DNA of 64,000 nucleotides, from NCBI GenBank assembly GCA_017537175.1, contig JAFYLH010000011.1, forward strand, positions 323 through 64,322, in the 5' to 3' direction. Source of the DNA: Clostridia bacterium (GTDB taxonomy: Bacteria; Bacillota; Clostridia; Oscillospirales; CAG-272). This document shows, piece after piece, positions 48,787 through 58,362 of the stretch. The notes below the pieces were generated by a model, which did no database searches, had not been told where the DNA came from, and was given only the letters and a program-made list of their open reading frames with translations. The position numbers and the translations under genes are program-made. Within the stretch, counting starts at the first letter, position 1. Every line of letters starts with the position of its first letter.

Positions 48787-48815
48787 TTGTAATGATTAAA
48801 ATAATATGATATAAT
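48787..48815 (+). promoter_or_regulatory. Promoter of the thioesterase - YgjP - ABC operon
   Basis: TTGTAA - 17 nt - TATAAT with TGa extended -10. The ORF-track start at 48814 lies inside the -10 element. Confidence 0.6.
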
Positions 48816-48843
48816 GTTAATAATACAATTTTTGGAGGATATT

Positions 48844-49224
48844 ATGTTAGAGCTTGGACTTAAAAATACAAAAGAAGTTATCTGTGATGAAAATAATACT
48901 GCAGCCGCTGTAGGTAGTGGTAGTCTTAGGGTGTTTTCCACGCCGGCTCTTTTGACCTTAATGGAGCTTTGTGCCGCAGAGTGTGTTCTGCCTTATCTTG
49001 AGGATGGTCAGTCAACCGTTGGTACAAAGGTTGAGCTTAAGCATATTGCCGCAACTCCCGTAGGAATGACTGTTAAGTGTGAGTGTGAGCTTACAGAGAT
49101 CGATCGCAGAAGATTGGTATTTGATATCAAGGCATATGACCAAAGAGAGCTTGTAGGTGAGTGTAAGCACGAGAGATTTATCGTCAACAATGATAAGTTC
49201 CTTGATAAGTGTTATTCTAAATAA
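48844..49224 (+). CDS. Hotdog-fold thioesterase family protein
   Basis: VGSGSLRVFSTPALLTLME and HIAATPVG pattern of the fluoroacetyl-CoA-thioesterase-like family. ATG at 48844 follows ggagg. Confidence 0.7.
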   Translation: MLELGLKNTKEVICDENNTAAAVGSGSLRVFSTPALLTLMELCAAECVLPYLEDGQSTVGTKVELKHIAATPVGMTVKCECELTEIDRRRLVFDIKAYDQRELVGECKHERFIVNNDKFLDKCYSK

Positions 49225-49739
49225 TGTCCTATAGACTGATCCGTTCTAAAAGAAAGAGTATTTCAATTGAGATATCACCCGAGCTTGAGGTCATTGTCAG
49301 AGCACCTTTGTATATGAAGCAAAGGGATATCGACAAATTTGTTTATGACCACAGAGAGTGGATCATAAAGCACACAGAGCTCAGAAAGCAGAGATTGGCA
49401 AACAGACCCAAAGAGCCTACATTACAAGAGATAGCCGACCTTAAACTCATGGCAAAGGAAATATTGCCACTTAAGGTCGATTATTTTTCGGATATAATGG
49501 GTGTAGATGTTAAATCTGTAAAGATAACATCTGCAAAGAAGAGGTTGGGCAGCTGTTCTGCTGATAACGGTATTTGCTTTTCCTACAGGGTAATGATGTA
49601 TGATAATGACATAATCGATTATGTGGTCATACATGAGCTCGCTCACATAATTGAGCATAACCATTCTAAAAGATTTTACGATACTGTCAGAAAATACTGT
49701 CCCGATTATAAGGACAGGGAAAGGAGGATAAAGTGGTAA
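49224..49739 (+). CDS. YgjP-like metallopeptidase (DUF45 / M48-WLM-like)
   Basis: HELAHIIEHNHSKRFY HExxH motif at the position typical of DUF45 proteins. Confidence 0.8.
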   Translation: MSYRLIRSKRKSISIEISPELEVIVRAPLYMKQRDIDKFVYDHREWIIKHTELRKQRLANRPKEPTLQEIADLKLMAKEILPLKVDYFSDIMGVDVKSVKITSAKKRLGSCSADNGICFSYRVMMYDNDIIDYVVIHELAHIIEHNHSKRFYDTVRKYCPDYKDRERRIKW

Positions 49740-52021
49740 GCTTTGATAAGATCCCGTCATATATTACCGAGGTTTTTACCGATAAAGGAATAGATAACAT
49801 ATACCTTATGGCATATTGCGATATGGATAATGAGCACATATACTGTGATACCTACATTGCTCTTACCAAGGATATGCTCTATGTGACAAGCGGAACGGTT
49901 ATCCTTGAGCCAAAGGATAAGGGCAAGGGACTTGATTCCTTCTGGAAGGAAAAATCATTTGCAGGCTACAGTATAGATAGCATAGAGTCCCTGAAAGTAG
50001 AGGAACTTCTCTCCAGCGCAAGACTTACCGCTAAAACCTCAGACGGAGAGTATATCTTCCTTTCTGCAATGACTAATTTTTGTAAGGGAAACTGCAATCT
50101 CTTTGTAAAATACTTTGGCAAGATCAAAAAAGGTGATATTGTTTCGCCAGATTTTGAGATAGACAGTGAGGATGACCCCAAGAATAATTGTTGTCCAAAA
50201 TGCGGAATGCGTTATCCCGACAAAAACCGCAAGGTTTGTCCCAAATGTATGGAAAAGGGAAAGCTCTTTTCAAGATTTGGCGTATTTCTTTTAAAATACA
50301 AGATGGAAATGCTTATTCTGTTGATTTCGCTTGTGTTTCTTACAGGTACAAGTATTCTTATTCCGTACTTTTCCAACGGCTTTTTCTATGATAAGATCCT
50401 TGACGAAAGCGGCAGTCTTTACGGTCAGATACTGTTAGCTTTGGGCATTATTATTGCTACGAAGCTCTTGTCTGTGTTTGCAGATATGATCAACGGTTAT
50501 ATATCCACAAAGATAGCAACAAAGGTGGTATACGATTTAAAAAATACCATATTCGGTGCTATAGAACGCTTGTCTCTGAGCTTCTTTAACGGAAGACAGA
50601 CCGGCGGTCTTATGACACAGGTGAACGATGACTCCAACACTATCTACGGCTTTTTCTGTGACGGAATTCCGTATTTTCTTATAAATATAGTTCAGGTAGT
50701 GGTCCTCTGTGTTATTCTGTTTATAATGAACCCTCTGTTGGCGTTGCTTTCATTGAGCACTATTCCCGTGTTTTATTTTGTACTTCGCCGTACATATTCA
50801 GTATCCCGTAAGCTTCATACCCATCATTATTCGGGGGTAAGACGCATGAATTCTCAGCTTTCGGATGTGCTTGGCGGTATCCGCGTAGTTAAGGCGTTTG
50901 CCAAGGAAAACGAGGAGAGCCAACGATTCCACAAGAGTAACAGGATCGCCGCCGCAAGTAACCGTAAGCTTGCTCTTTTCAATAACTATGTATATCCGTA
51001 CATCGGAGTGATTCTTTATTTCGGTAATGTGATTGCCCTGGGCGTGGGCGGATATATGGTAATGAGCGACCGTTTTGCCTTTACATACGGTGATCTTATT
51101 ACCTTTACTGCATATATCAATATGATATACAGCCCTATGTATTTCTTCTCTCATATGATAGACTGGACGGCAAGTACATCAAATTCACTTCAAAGACTCT
51201 TTGAGATTTACGATACCGAGCCTGATATCACAGAGAAGGCGGATGCGGTGACTCTTGAAAATATCGAGGGTAGAGTTGAATTCCGTTCGGTGGATTTTGG
51301 ATATTCAAAGACCAAAAAAGTCATAGACAATGTAAGCTTTGAGATTGAAGCACAGCATATTCTCGGTATTGTCGGACATACGGGCGCAGGAAAAAGCACT
51401 ATTGCCAATCTTATTATGCGCCTTTATGATACCGATGAGGGAGGCGTTTATATTGACGGTGTCAATGTTAAGGAGCTCAGCTTTAAATCTCTTTATGAAA
51501 ATATTGCCATAGTTTCTCAGGAAACATACCTGTTTATTGGCTCTATACTTGATAATATCAGATACGCCAGACCCGATGCCTCATATGAGGAGGTCATCTA
51601 TGCCGCAAAATGCGCCGGTGCGCATGATTTTATCATCAAGCTTCCCGACGGATACAATACTATGATAGGCTTTGGCCACAAGGATCTTTCCGGTGGAGAA
51701 AGACAGCGTGTTTCTATTGCAAGAGCTATATTGCGCGATCCAAAGATACTCATTCTTGACGAGGCAACCGCCGCAATGGACACCAAGACCGAAAAGATGA
51801 TCCAGACTGCGCTTTCTTCTCTTACCAAGGGTAAGACCACCATTATGATAGCTCACCGTCTTTCCACTCTTCGCGATGCCCATAAGCTTATAGTAATAGA
51901 AAACGGCAGGGTCGCAGAGCAAGGAACTCACAAGGAGCTTCTTGATATTGAGGACGGAGTATACAATAAGCTTTATACCCTGCAGCTTGATGCATTGAAG
52001 AATGCAGGAATAACGGAGTAA
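49733..52021 (+). CDS. ABC exporter half-transporter (TMD+NBD) with an N-terminal extension of about 185 aa (PH-like region + zinc ribbon)
   Basis: GTG start 6 nt after aaggagg (49721-49727), overlapping the ygjP stop. CCPKCG...CPKC (nt 50189-50248) lies just before TM1, followed by six TM helices. NBD motifs are GHTGAGKST, LSGGERQR and ILILDEAT. Confidence 0.85.
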   Translation: MVSFDKIPSYITEVFTDKGIDNIYLMAYCDMDNEHIYCDTYIALTKDMLYVTSGTVILEPKDKGKGLDSFWKEKSFAGYSIDSIESLKVEELLSSARLTAKTSDGEYIFLSAMTNFCKGNCNLFVKYFGKIKKGDIVSPDFEIDSEDDPKNNCCPKCGMRYPDKNRKVCPKCMEKGKLFSRFGVFLLKYKMEMLILLISLVFLTGTSILIPYFSNGFFYDKILDESGSLYGQILLALGIIIATKLLSVFADMINGYISTKIATKVVYDLKNTIFGAIERLSLSFFNGRQTGGLMTQVNDDSNTIYGFFCDGIPYFLINIVQVVVLCVILFIMNPLLALLSLSTIPVFYFVLRRTYSVSRKLHTHHYSGVRRMNSQLSDVLGGIRVVKAFAKENEESQRFHKSNRIAAASNRKLALFNNYVYPYIGVILYFGNVIALGVGGYMVMSDRFAFTYGDLITFTAYINMIYSPMYFFSHMIDWTASTSNSLQRLFEIYDTEPDITEKADAVTLENIEGRVEFRSVDFGYSKTKKVIDNVSFEIEAQHILGIVGHTGAGKSTIANLIMRLYDTDEGGVYIDGVNVKELSFKSLYENIAIVSQETYLFIGSILDNIRYARPDASYEEVIYAAKCAGAHDFIIKLPDGYNTMIGFGHKDLSGGERQRVSIARAILRDPKILILDEATAAMDTKTEKMIQTALSSLTKGKTTIMIAHRLSTLRDAHKLIVIENGRVAEQGTHKELLDIEDGVYNKLYTLQLDALKNAGITE

Positions 52022-52024
52022 AAT

Positions 52025-52540
52025 ATGTCAAATGAAATTGTAAAGGAAGGCGCGGCAAATATAGTCCGCCTTGATAAGAATAATTCATCCTTTGGTATGA
52101 AGAACGGCTTTCTTTGTGCAAAGAAGGATGATGAAGGCTATGACAGAGTGTTTCTTCACAGAACATTCCCCTTTGATAAGCCTTGGGAATATATTTCTGT
52201 TATAGATCCTGATAATAATGAGATCGGTATTATATACAGTATCTCGGATTATGATGCCAAAACAGAGGAGCTGCTTCGTACAGAGCTCTGCCGTAAATAC
52301 TATGAGCCCCGTGTAAAAAGCATTGTTTCTCTTAAGGAAAGATACGGCTTTTCTTACTGGGTGATAATCACAGAAGAAGGCAGACGGGTTTCTCTTACAA
52401 TGCAGGATACCTTCAGAAACATCATCCGTATCGGTGATGACAAAGCCGTACTGCTTGATGTTGACGGTAACCGCTTTGTGATTGAGTCTATATCAGGCCT
52501 TGATAAAAAAAGCCACAGAAAGATCGAACTGTATATTTGA
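52025..52540 (+). CDS. DUF1854-like protein (171 aa)
   Basis: FLHRTFPFDKPWEYISVID...NEIGII...ELCRKYYEPRVKSI...DVDGNRFVIESISGLDKKS matches my recollection of the DUF1854 family, which is typically encoded next to ABC exporters. This was not verified by search. Confidence 0.55.
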   Translation: MSNEIVKEGAANIVRLDKNNSSFGMKNGFLCAKKDDEGYDRVFLHRTFPFDKPWEYISVIDPDNNEIGIIYSISDYDAKTEELLRTELCRKYYEPRVKSIVSLKERYGFSYWVIITEEGRRVSLTMQDTFRNIIRIGDDKAVLLDVDGNRFVIESISGLDKKSHRKIELYI

Positions 52541-52548
52541 GTTGTAAT

Positions 52549-54693
52549 ATGTCAAATAAAGAATTATTATGTAAGTTTCCCTTTGAGCTTCATCCCCTTA
52601 TACCCGACAGACGTTGTGACGGTTCTGTAGAGTTCAGTTCCGATTCCCTTGATGTCATAATTGATGGAGAGGTCTATATGTCTGTTGATACAGACGATAT
52701 ATCCGAGTTTATGATCGATAACGGTGTGGGATGCATATTTGTATCCTACAGGGCAAAGGATGGAAGCGTTCATCTTGTGTGCAGAAGCGATGTGAAGTAT
52801 TCAAAGGGTATTTCAAAGCAGGTGCGACGCCTTAATCACTATCTTGAGGATGCTGTGATGCCGCCCTTTTATGATAAGGGTGACAAATGTCCCAAGTGCG
52901 GCAGGCCCTACAGACCCGGATCTCATATATGTCTGCATTGCCAGGATAAGAAAAAGCTGCTGTTCAGAACCTTTAAGCTCTTTTCAAGATATAAGCTGTA
53001 TATGTTTATCGCCATAATACTCTTTTTTGCGGTAAGCGGACTATGTCTTGTTATACCTTATCTCAACAGAATAGCTGTCGATAACTATATCAAGAGTGAG
53101 GATCCTGTAAATATCGGTGGTTATGCACTTGTGATCCTGTCAATACTTGCCCTTGAAATTTTCATCAGGAGTATATCAAATATAAGATACCATGTTCTGA
53201 TCGCGGCAAGCAATAAGATGATCGTAGGGCTTAGAAACGAGCTTTTTGATAAGATAGAAAAGCTGTCCCTTGGTAATATTTCAAAGCGAAACACAGGCGA
53301 TCTTATGCGCCGTGTAGGATGGGATACCCATATATTGCAGAACTTTATCATTAACTATCTACCTAATATACTGGAGCAGATAGTTGTGTTTATTGCAGTA
53401 GCGATCTATATGCTCGTATATGATCCCATGCTGTTTGTAATGGTAGTTCTGCCCACCCCCTTTGTTGTTATATCCTTCAGACTGTTCTGGAAATCCATGA
53501 GAAATCTCTTCCATAAAAGATGGCTTGCGGCTTCTAAAACAAACTCAATATTACACGATATCTTTTCGGGTATAAGGGTTGTAAAATCCTTTGGTATGGA
53601 GCATAAGGAGTCAAAGCGCTTTGAGGAGGGAACTGCTGAAGAAAAGCGTATGCAGGAGATAACCGATATCCGCTGGAGCTTTATCATGCCTGTGCTCAGG
53701 TTTTTTATCGGCTTTGGAGAATTTGTGATCCTCTATTATGTAGGAAACCGTATCATCGGAAATACTATGAGTCTTGGCGAAATGGCTCAGTTCTCTTCGT
53801 ATACCGCAATGATATACGGTCCACTGCGTATGATAGCCCAAATCCCCAGAAGATGGATGGAGTTTTCCACCTCCTCTGCAAAGGTCTTTGAGATCTTGGA
53901 CGAGGAAGTTGATGTATCGGATAAGGACAAGGCTGTAGATATCGATATTAAAGGCAGGATAGATATAGACAATGTTTCCTTTGGCTATGACAGCGGTACA
54001 GAGGTGCTTCATAAGATCAATATACATATTGAGCCGGGTGAGTTTATCGGTTTGGTTGGTGCTTCAGGTGTAGGTAAATCGACACTTATCAACCTGATAA
54101 TGCGTATGTATGATGTTGAGAACGGCTCTATTACCGTCGACGGAGTTGATATTCGTGATATATCCCAAGAGTCACTTCGTTCTCAGATAGGCGTGGTTCT
54201 GCAGGAGACCTTCCTGTTTTCGGGTACGGTATATCAGAACATTGCCTATGCTAAGCCGGATGCCACTCGTGATGAGGTCATTGCTGTCTCAAAATTAGCA
54301 GGCTGTCACGACTTTATATGCCGTATGCCGGACGGATATAACACAAGGGTTGGCGAAAGAGGCTCTACACTTTCGGGTGGAGAGAGACAACGCGTTGCTA
54401 TTGCAAGAGCGTTGCTTCACGACCCTAAGATACTTATCCTCGATGAGGCGACTGCCTCTCTTGATACCGAGACCGAAAAGCAGATACAGGATGCTTTAGC
54501 CAAGCTTTCGGCACAGCGGACAACTATCGCCATAGCTCACCGATTGTCCACTCTTCGTAATGCCACAAGGCTTGTTGTGCTCGATAAGGGCAGGGTAGCA
54601 GAGGTAGGCAACCACGATGAGCTGATGGCTAAAGAGGGTATATATTACGGTCTTGTTATGGCACAGCGCGAAATGTCAAATATGGATAACTAA
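52549..54693 (+). CDS. ABC exporter half-transporter (TMD+NBD) with an N-terminal extension of about 145 aa (PH-like region + zinc ribbon)
   Basis: CPKCG...CLHC (nt 52888-52941) lies just before TM1. NBD motifs are GASGVGKST, LSGGERQR and ILILDEAT. The start is ATG 52549 or TTG 52537 (overlapping the upstream stop), with no clear RBS, so translational coupling is likely. Confidence 0.85.
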   Translation: MSNKELLCKFPFELHPLIPDRRCDGSVEFSSDSLDVIIDGEVYMSVDTDDISEFMIDNGVGCIFVSYRAKDGSVHLVCRSDVKYSKGISKQVRRLNHYLEDAVMPPFYDKGDKCPKCGRPYRPGSHICLHCQDKKKLLFRTFKLFSRYKLYMFIAIILFFAVSGLCLVIPYLNRIAVDNYIKSEDPVNIGGYALVILSILALEIFIRSISNIRYHVLIAASNKMIVGLRNELFDKIEKLSLGNISKRNTGDLMRRVGWDTHILQNFIINYLPNILEQIVVFIAVAIYMLVYDPMLFVMVVLPTPFVVISFRLFWKSMRNLFHKRWLAASKTNSILHDIFSGIRVVKSFGMEHKESKRFEEGTAEEKRMQEITDIRWSFIMPVLRFFIGFGEFVILYYVGNRIIGNTMSLGEMAQFSSYTAMIYGPLRMIAQIPRRWMEFSTSSAKVFEILDEEVDVSDKDKAVDIDIKGRIDIDNVSFGYDSGTEVLHKINIHIEPGEFIGLVGASGVGKSTLINLIMRMYDVENGSITVDGVDIRDISQESLRSQIGVVLQETFLFSGTVYQNIAYAKPDATRDEVIAVSKLAGCHDFICRMPDGYNTRVGERGSTLSGGERQRVAIARALLHDPKILILDEATASLDTETEKQIQDALAKLSAQRTTIAIAHRLSTLRNATRLVVLDKGRVAEVGNHDELMAKEGIYYGLVMAQREMSNMDN

Positions 54694-54725
54694 GAGAATG
54701 GCTGTAATTTTACAGCCATTCTCTT
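54692..54725. terminator. Perfect 15-bp bidirectional hairpin between convergent genes
   Basis: aagagaatggctgta / tacagccattctctt with 4-nt loop. It begins inside the ABC stop codon (54691-54693), and its right arm encodes the last codons of the minus-strand gene. Confidence 0.8.
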
Positions 54726-55144
54726 ATATCTATTGCTAATTTTTCTTCCAGGTTGATCAGCCGCTTGGTTATATCCTTTGATACCTCGTCGGCAGCCTTG
54801 TACTGATTGAGATATCTGTTAAGTGACTTTACCCCCATGTTGCAGCCGTCTGTCATCAGGTCTGCAACTGTTGAATCCTTGTCCTTGAGGTCAAGCATAA
54901 TATTTGTTTTCATCCAGGACATACCCTTTGCAATGGGGTTGGGGTCTTTGCCGTCATCCTCGTATTTTTTCAGTAAACTGTCGATCTCGCGATCCAGCTT
55001 TTCGTGCTCGCTTCTGCAATCGGCAAGCAGCTTGCGGAACCTTTCGTCCTTTATGTGATCAATGACCTCTGTGATGGAATCAACACCCATTTTTACTCCT
55101 GCATCGCATTCACGAAGCAACTTTATCGTATCTTTTTCAATCAT
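54710..55144 (-). CDS. Hypothetical helical protein (144 aa, probable four-helix bundle)
   Basis: Amphipathic helical repeats (ECDAGVKMGVDSI..., DGCNMGVKSLNRYL...) suggest a duplicated two-helix unit; no confident family assignment. Confidence 0.5.
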   Translation of the reverse strand: MIEKDTIKLLRECDAGVKMGVDSITEVIDHIKDERFRKLLADCRSEHEKLDREIDSLLKKYEDDGKDPNPIAKGMSWMKTNIMLDLKDKDSTVADLMTDGCNMGVKSLNRYLNQYKAADEVSKDITKRLINLEEKLAIDIREWL

Positions 55145-55176
55145 AAAAATACCCCCTTTTTATAAAGGGAGTATTG

Positions 55177-56526
55177 TCATATTTGTCTCTTTTTATTCCT
55201 GTATACAAAAAAGAATGCTATCATCTGTATCAAAAAGGTAACAAGCCAGGATACAGTATAAGAGAAGTACAGACATCTTGGTGTATGGAACTGCTCGATT
55301 TGGAATATCGTATATATCCATGTTATTCTTATACCGCAAACACCTAAGACTGATATTATCATAGGCACAAGAGATGCGCCCATTCCTCGCAGAGCTCCTG
55401 TTGATACATCCATTAATCCGCATATGAAGTAGGGAAGACATATCATACTCATACGGATAATGCCGTAGGTGATGGCTTCCTTTGAATCTGTAATATATAT
55501 CGAAAGAAGCTGAGGCGAAAGCGCATATGCCGTTCCTCCAAAGACGATTCCCGTTACAGATACAAGTATGAGGCAGTAGAGCAGTATTTTTGAAACTCTT
55601 TTGAATTTCTTTGCTCCTGCGTTCTGACCTATATAATTTACTGCTGTCTGGTGAAAGGCGTTAAGGGTTACATAAACAAAACCTTCTATATTTCCCGCCG
55701 CGGCATTTCCTGACATTACAACATCGCCAAAGGAATTGACAGATGACTGAATTATAACATTGGAGATAGAGAACAGCGAGCCCTGTATTCCCGCAGGCAG
55801 ACCAATACGCAGTATCTTTATGAGCTGTGCCTTGTATATCCTCATTTTTTTAAGCTCAAGACGGCAGGCATCCTTACGGCGCATAAGAGCAATGACTACA
55901 AGGATAGCAGATATGCCCTGGGATATGGTTGTTGCAAGAGCAACTCCTTCTACATTCATATTACATGCAGTTACAAAGATTACATTCAAAATAACATTGA
56001 TAATGCCGCTGGCTGTCAGGTATATAAGGGGAGATTTGGTATCTCCGGCCGCACGGAGTATGGATGCGCTGAAGTTATATACCATATTAAAGGTTATGCC
56101 TGCAAAATATATCTTCATATACAGAGCTGATAAGGGCAGAACATTATCAGGTGTGTTCATTAAAGAAAGCAAAGGCTCGGCAAGAAGAACACCGACAACA
56201 GTCAGTATTATACCGCTGATAATTGATGCCGGAATGGCTGTGTGTACTGTCTTATGTACCTCTGCATCCTTTTTTGCGCCTATTGCGTGGGCAACACTTA
56301 CACCTGCGCCTACTGACAAACCGATGAATAGGTTTACTATAAGCATCGTGATAGATCCCGTTGCGCCGACAGCGGCTACACTCAGGCTTCCGCGAAAACG
56401 CCCCACTATAACAAGGTCAGCCGCGTTAAAGAGAAGCTGCAATATGCTTGTAAGGATTATTGGAATCGTATAAAGAATTAAATTGTTAAACAGAGGTCCC
56501 TCTGTCATACTCTTGGTTTTAGTCAT
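55177..56526 (-). CDS. MATE family efflux transporter
   Basis: 12-TM protein starting ...MTEGPLFNNLILYTIPIILTSILQLLFNAADLVIVGRF, the typical MATE N-terminus. Start MTKTKS was chosen, though 56568 is also possible. Confidence 0.85.
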   Translation of the reverse strand: MTKTKSMTEGPLFNNLILYTIPIILTSILQLLFNAADLVIVGRFRGSLSVAAVGATGSITMLIVNLFIGLSVGAGVSVAHAIGAKKDAEVHKTVHTAIPASIISGIILTVVGVLLAEPLLSLMNTPDNVLPLSALYMKIYFAGITFNMVYNFSASILRAAGDTKSPLIYLTASGIINVILNVIFVTACNMNVEGVALATTISQGISAILVVIALMRRKDACRLELKKMRIYKAQLIKILRIGLPAGIQGSLFSISNVIIQSSVNSFGDVVMSGNAAAGNIEGFVYVTLNAFHQTAVNYIGQNAGAKKFKRVSKILLYCLILVSVTGIVFGGTAYALSPQLLSIYITDSKEAITYGIIRMSMICLPYFICGLMDVSTGALRGMGASLVPMIISVLGVCGIRITWIYTIFQIEQFHTPRCLYFSYTVSWLVTFLIQMIAFFFVYRNKKRQI

Positions 56527-56744
56527 TTTTATGTACCGAATGCTATTGAAGTGTTTGTATATTTTCAAAGTATATTATATCACTACAGATTAATATTGGC
56601 AAGCATAAAGTTATGAAAAAGTAACGCGGTATATTTACAAATTATACATAATCTATTGCAAAATTAAGGATTATATGTTACCATTATAAGAGAATAGTAT
56701 GCAAACTGCTTATTACTATAATTGAGGAGGTCGTATACCGGTTA

Positions 56745-58337
56745 ATGTGTGACCGGGTCTTTTACGGAATGTACGATATGGAAGACAAAATTACTGATGC
56801 TTTGGAAGAGTCTGACGAGATTGTTGCCGAAGAAGTCGTTTCGGTGATTGAAGAACAAGATGCTGATAATGTTAAACAGTCAGCAGAGTATAAAGAATTT
56901 GAGCAGAAGCTTGCCGATGTCGGTGAGGATTACGACGCTTTGGTAGATTTCTATAATAATATTGATACTCAGCTTGAGCCCGAGCTTTATGAGTGCTGCA
57001 AGGAAGTGGCTAAAACTAAGCTTTGCGAGGTTCAGAGATCTTGTTTGGATGCTGTTATTTCTGATGCAGCCGCTATGGCCTGTCAGGAGATCCGAACCGC
57101 GATAGCTGAGGCGGACAGATACGGCTTTGATGAAAAGATCCTTGCGGACGCAAAGCTTAAGCTTGATAAATTACTGGATATATCTGAGCACAAGGTCCTT
57201 TCTGATTTCTGTTCCAAAATTGATACAATCGGTATACCTGAGATCTTTGAATTCAGGGCTATGCTCGAGAGTGAAGGCTTCAAGCACGAAAATGTATCGC
57301 GTTATACAAGTAAGATAAATGACAGATATTGGACTATTATTTATAAGGAATCCTGCGCTAAGTGTAAACAGAGTGTAGTGCATGAGCTTGTACGGGATGA
57401 AGTCGCGGCGAATGATCTTATCTCCTGCTTTGAAAAATGCGGTGTATCCCCCTACAAGGTTGCCGCTTATACAACCAGAGTTAAAAATGTATTTGAATTA
57501 CGCAAGGAATATGACAATGTAAGGACTCCCATTGTAAATGAGATCCGTGAAAAATCCTTGCAGTTTGTGGGCGGTATCATTGAAAAGGACATTAGCTCCA
57601 GCTCTGTAAGCTGTATTGAACCGGATATCTTTATATGCGATGATGCTGCAATAAGACAGCATTTGGTATCTGATCCGTTCAACTCTCTTTACATTGACGA
57701 AGAAATACCGCTGTTATATATGTACAGATACGGTTACGATGATAACTCGACGCCTGTTTTCAGTATAACAAATGAGGCGATGTATTTCCCTTGTGAGGAT
57801 GAAGAACAGCCTTATATCAGAATACCCTTTGAAAATATCGGTGATATCAGGGCGGCGGTAACCACAGGTGAGGTGTATATTTGCTATGATGATGCATCTG
57901 TGATTATACAAACCGAGCTTCCTTATAAGGTTAGAGTACTCCTTGGTACAGCTATTCGCAAAATAGCTGACTATCTCATAGATTCAAAGAGAAAGAACCA
58001 AACATTGCTTGATTCCCTGAGATATGAATATGACCGTAATCTTGCGCTGCTGTTTAAGAAGTATCCTATACCCAACGATGACATCTATTCCTTTGAAAAG
58101 CCTCAAAGTTTGATCGACCTGCAGACTGCTCTGGAAAGCTCCGAACCCTGGGTATGTAAGTGTGGTAAGGTAAACAAGGGTAATTTCTGCAGTCAGTGCG
58201 GTACTAACAAAGATGAGGGTATAATTGAATGGACATGCGACTGCGGAACTGTTAACAGAGCTAATTTCTGTACATCTTGCGGTGGGCCCAGACCTCAGAA
58301 TGACGAAAATGAAGAAACTGTCGATATAATTGAATAA
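56745..58337 (+). CDS. Hypothetical 530-aa protein: acidic N-terminus, helical middle, PH-like region, two C-terminal zinc ribbons
   Basis: WVCKCGKVNKGNFCSQCG and WTCDCGTVNRANFCTSCG lie at nt 58149-58286. The start is uncertain (ATG 56745 lies 14 nt after gaggagg; ATGs at 56769 and 56778 are also in frame). A terminator follows. Confidence 0.6.
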   Translation: MCDRVFYGMYDMEDKITDALEESDEIVAEEVVSVIEEQDADNVKQSAEYKEFEQKLADVGEDYDALVDFYNNIDTQLEPELYECCKEVAKTKLCEVQRSCLDAVISDAAAMACQEIRTAIAEADRYGFDEKILADAKLKLDKLLDISEHKVLSDFCSKIDTIGIPEIFEFRAMLESEGFKHENVSRYTSKINDRYWTIIYKESCAKCKQSVVHELVRDEVAANDLISCFEKCGVSPYKVAAYTTRVKNVFELRKEYDNVRTPIVNEIREKSLQFVGGIIEKDISSSSVSCIEPDIFICDDAAIRQHLVSDPFNSLYIDEEIPLLYMYRYGYDDNSTPVFSITNEAMYFPCEDEEQPYIRIPFENIGDIRAAVTTGEVYICYDDASVIIQTELPYKVRVLLGTAIRKIADYLIDSKRKNQTLLDSLRYEYDRNLALLFKKYPIPNDDIYSFEKPQSLIDLQTALESSEPWVCKCGKVNKGNFCSQCGTNKDEGIIEWTCDCGTVNRANFCTSCGGPRPQNDENEETVDIIE

Positions 58338-58362
58338 TGTTCAAATAAAACTAATATACCAG

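Noticed and set aside
48814-48843. The ORF-track start at 48814 for the thioesterase gene, and likewise 43304 (TTG) for the NUDIX gene and 1612 for the MBL gene.
   Set aside because: The start at 48814 lies inside the -10 hexamer of the predicted promoter. In all three cases a downstream ATG with a proper GGAGG/AAGGAG RBS exists.
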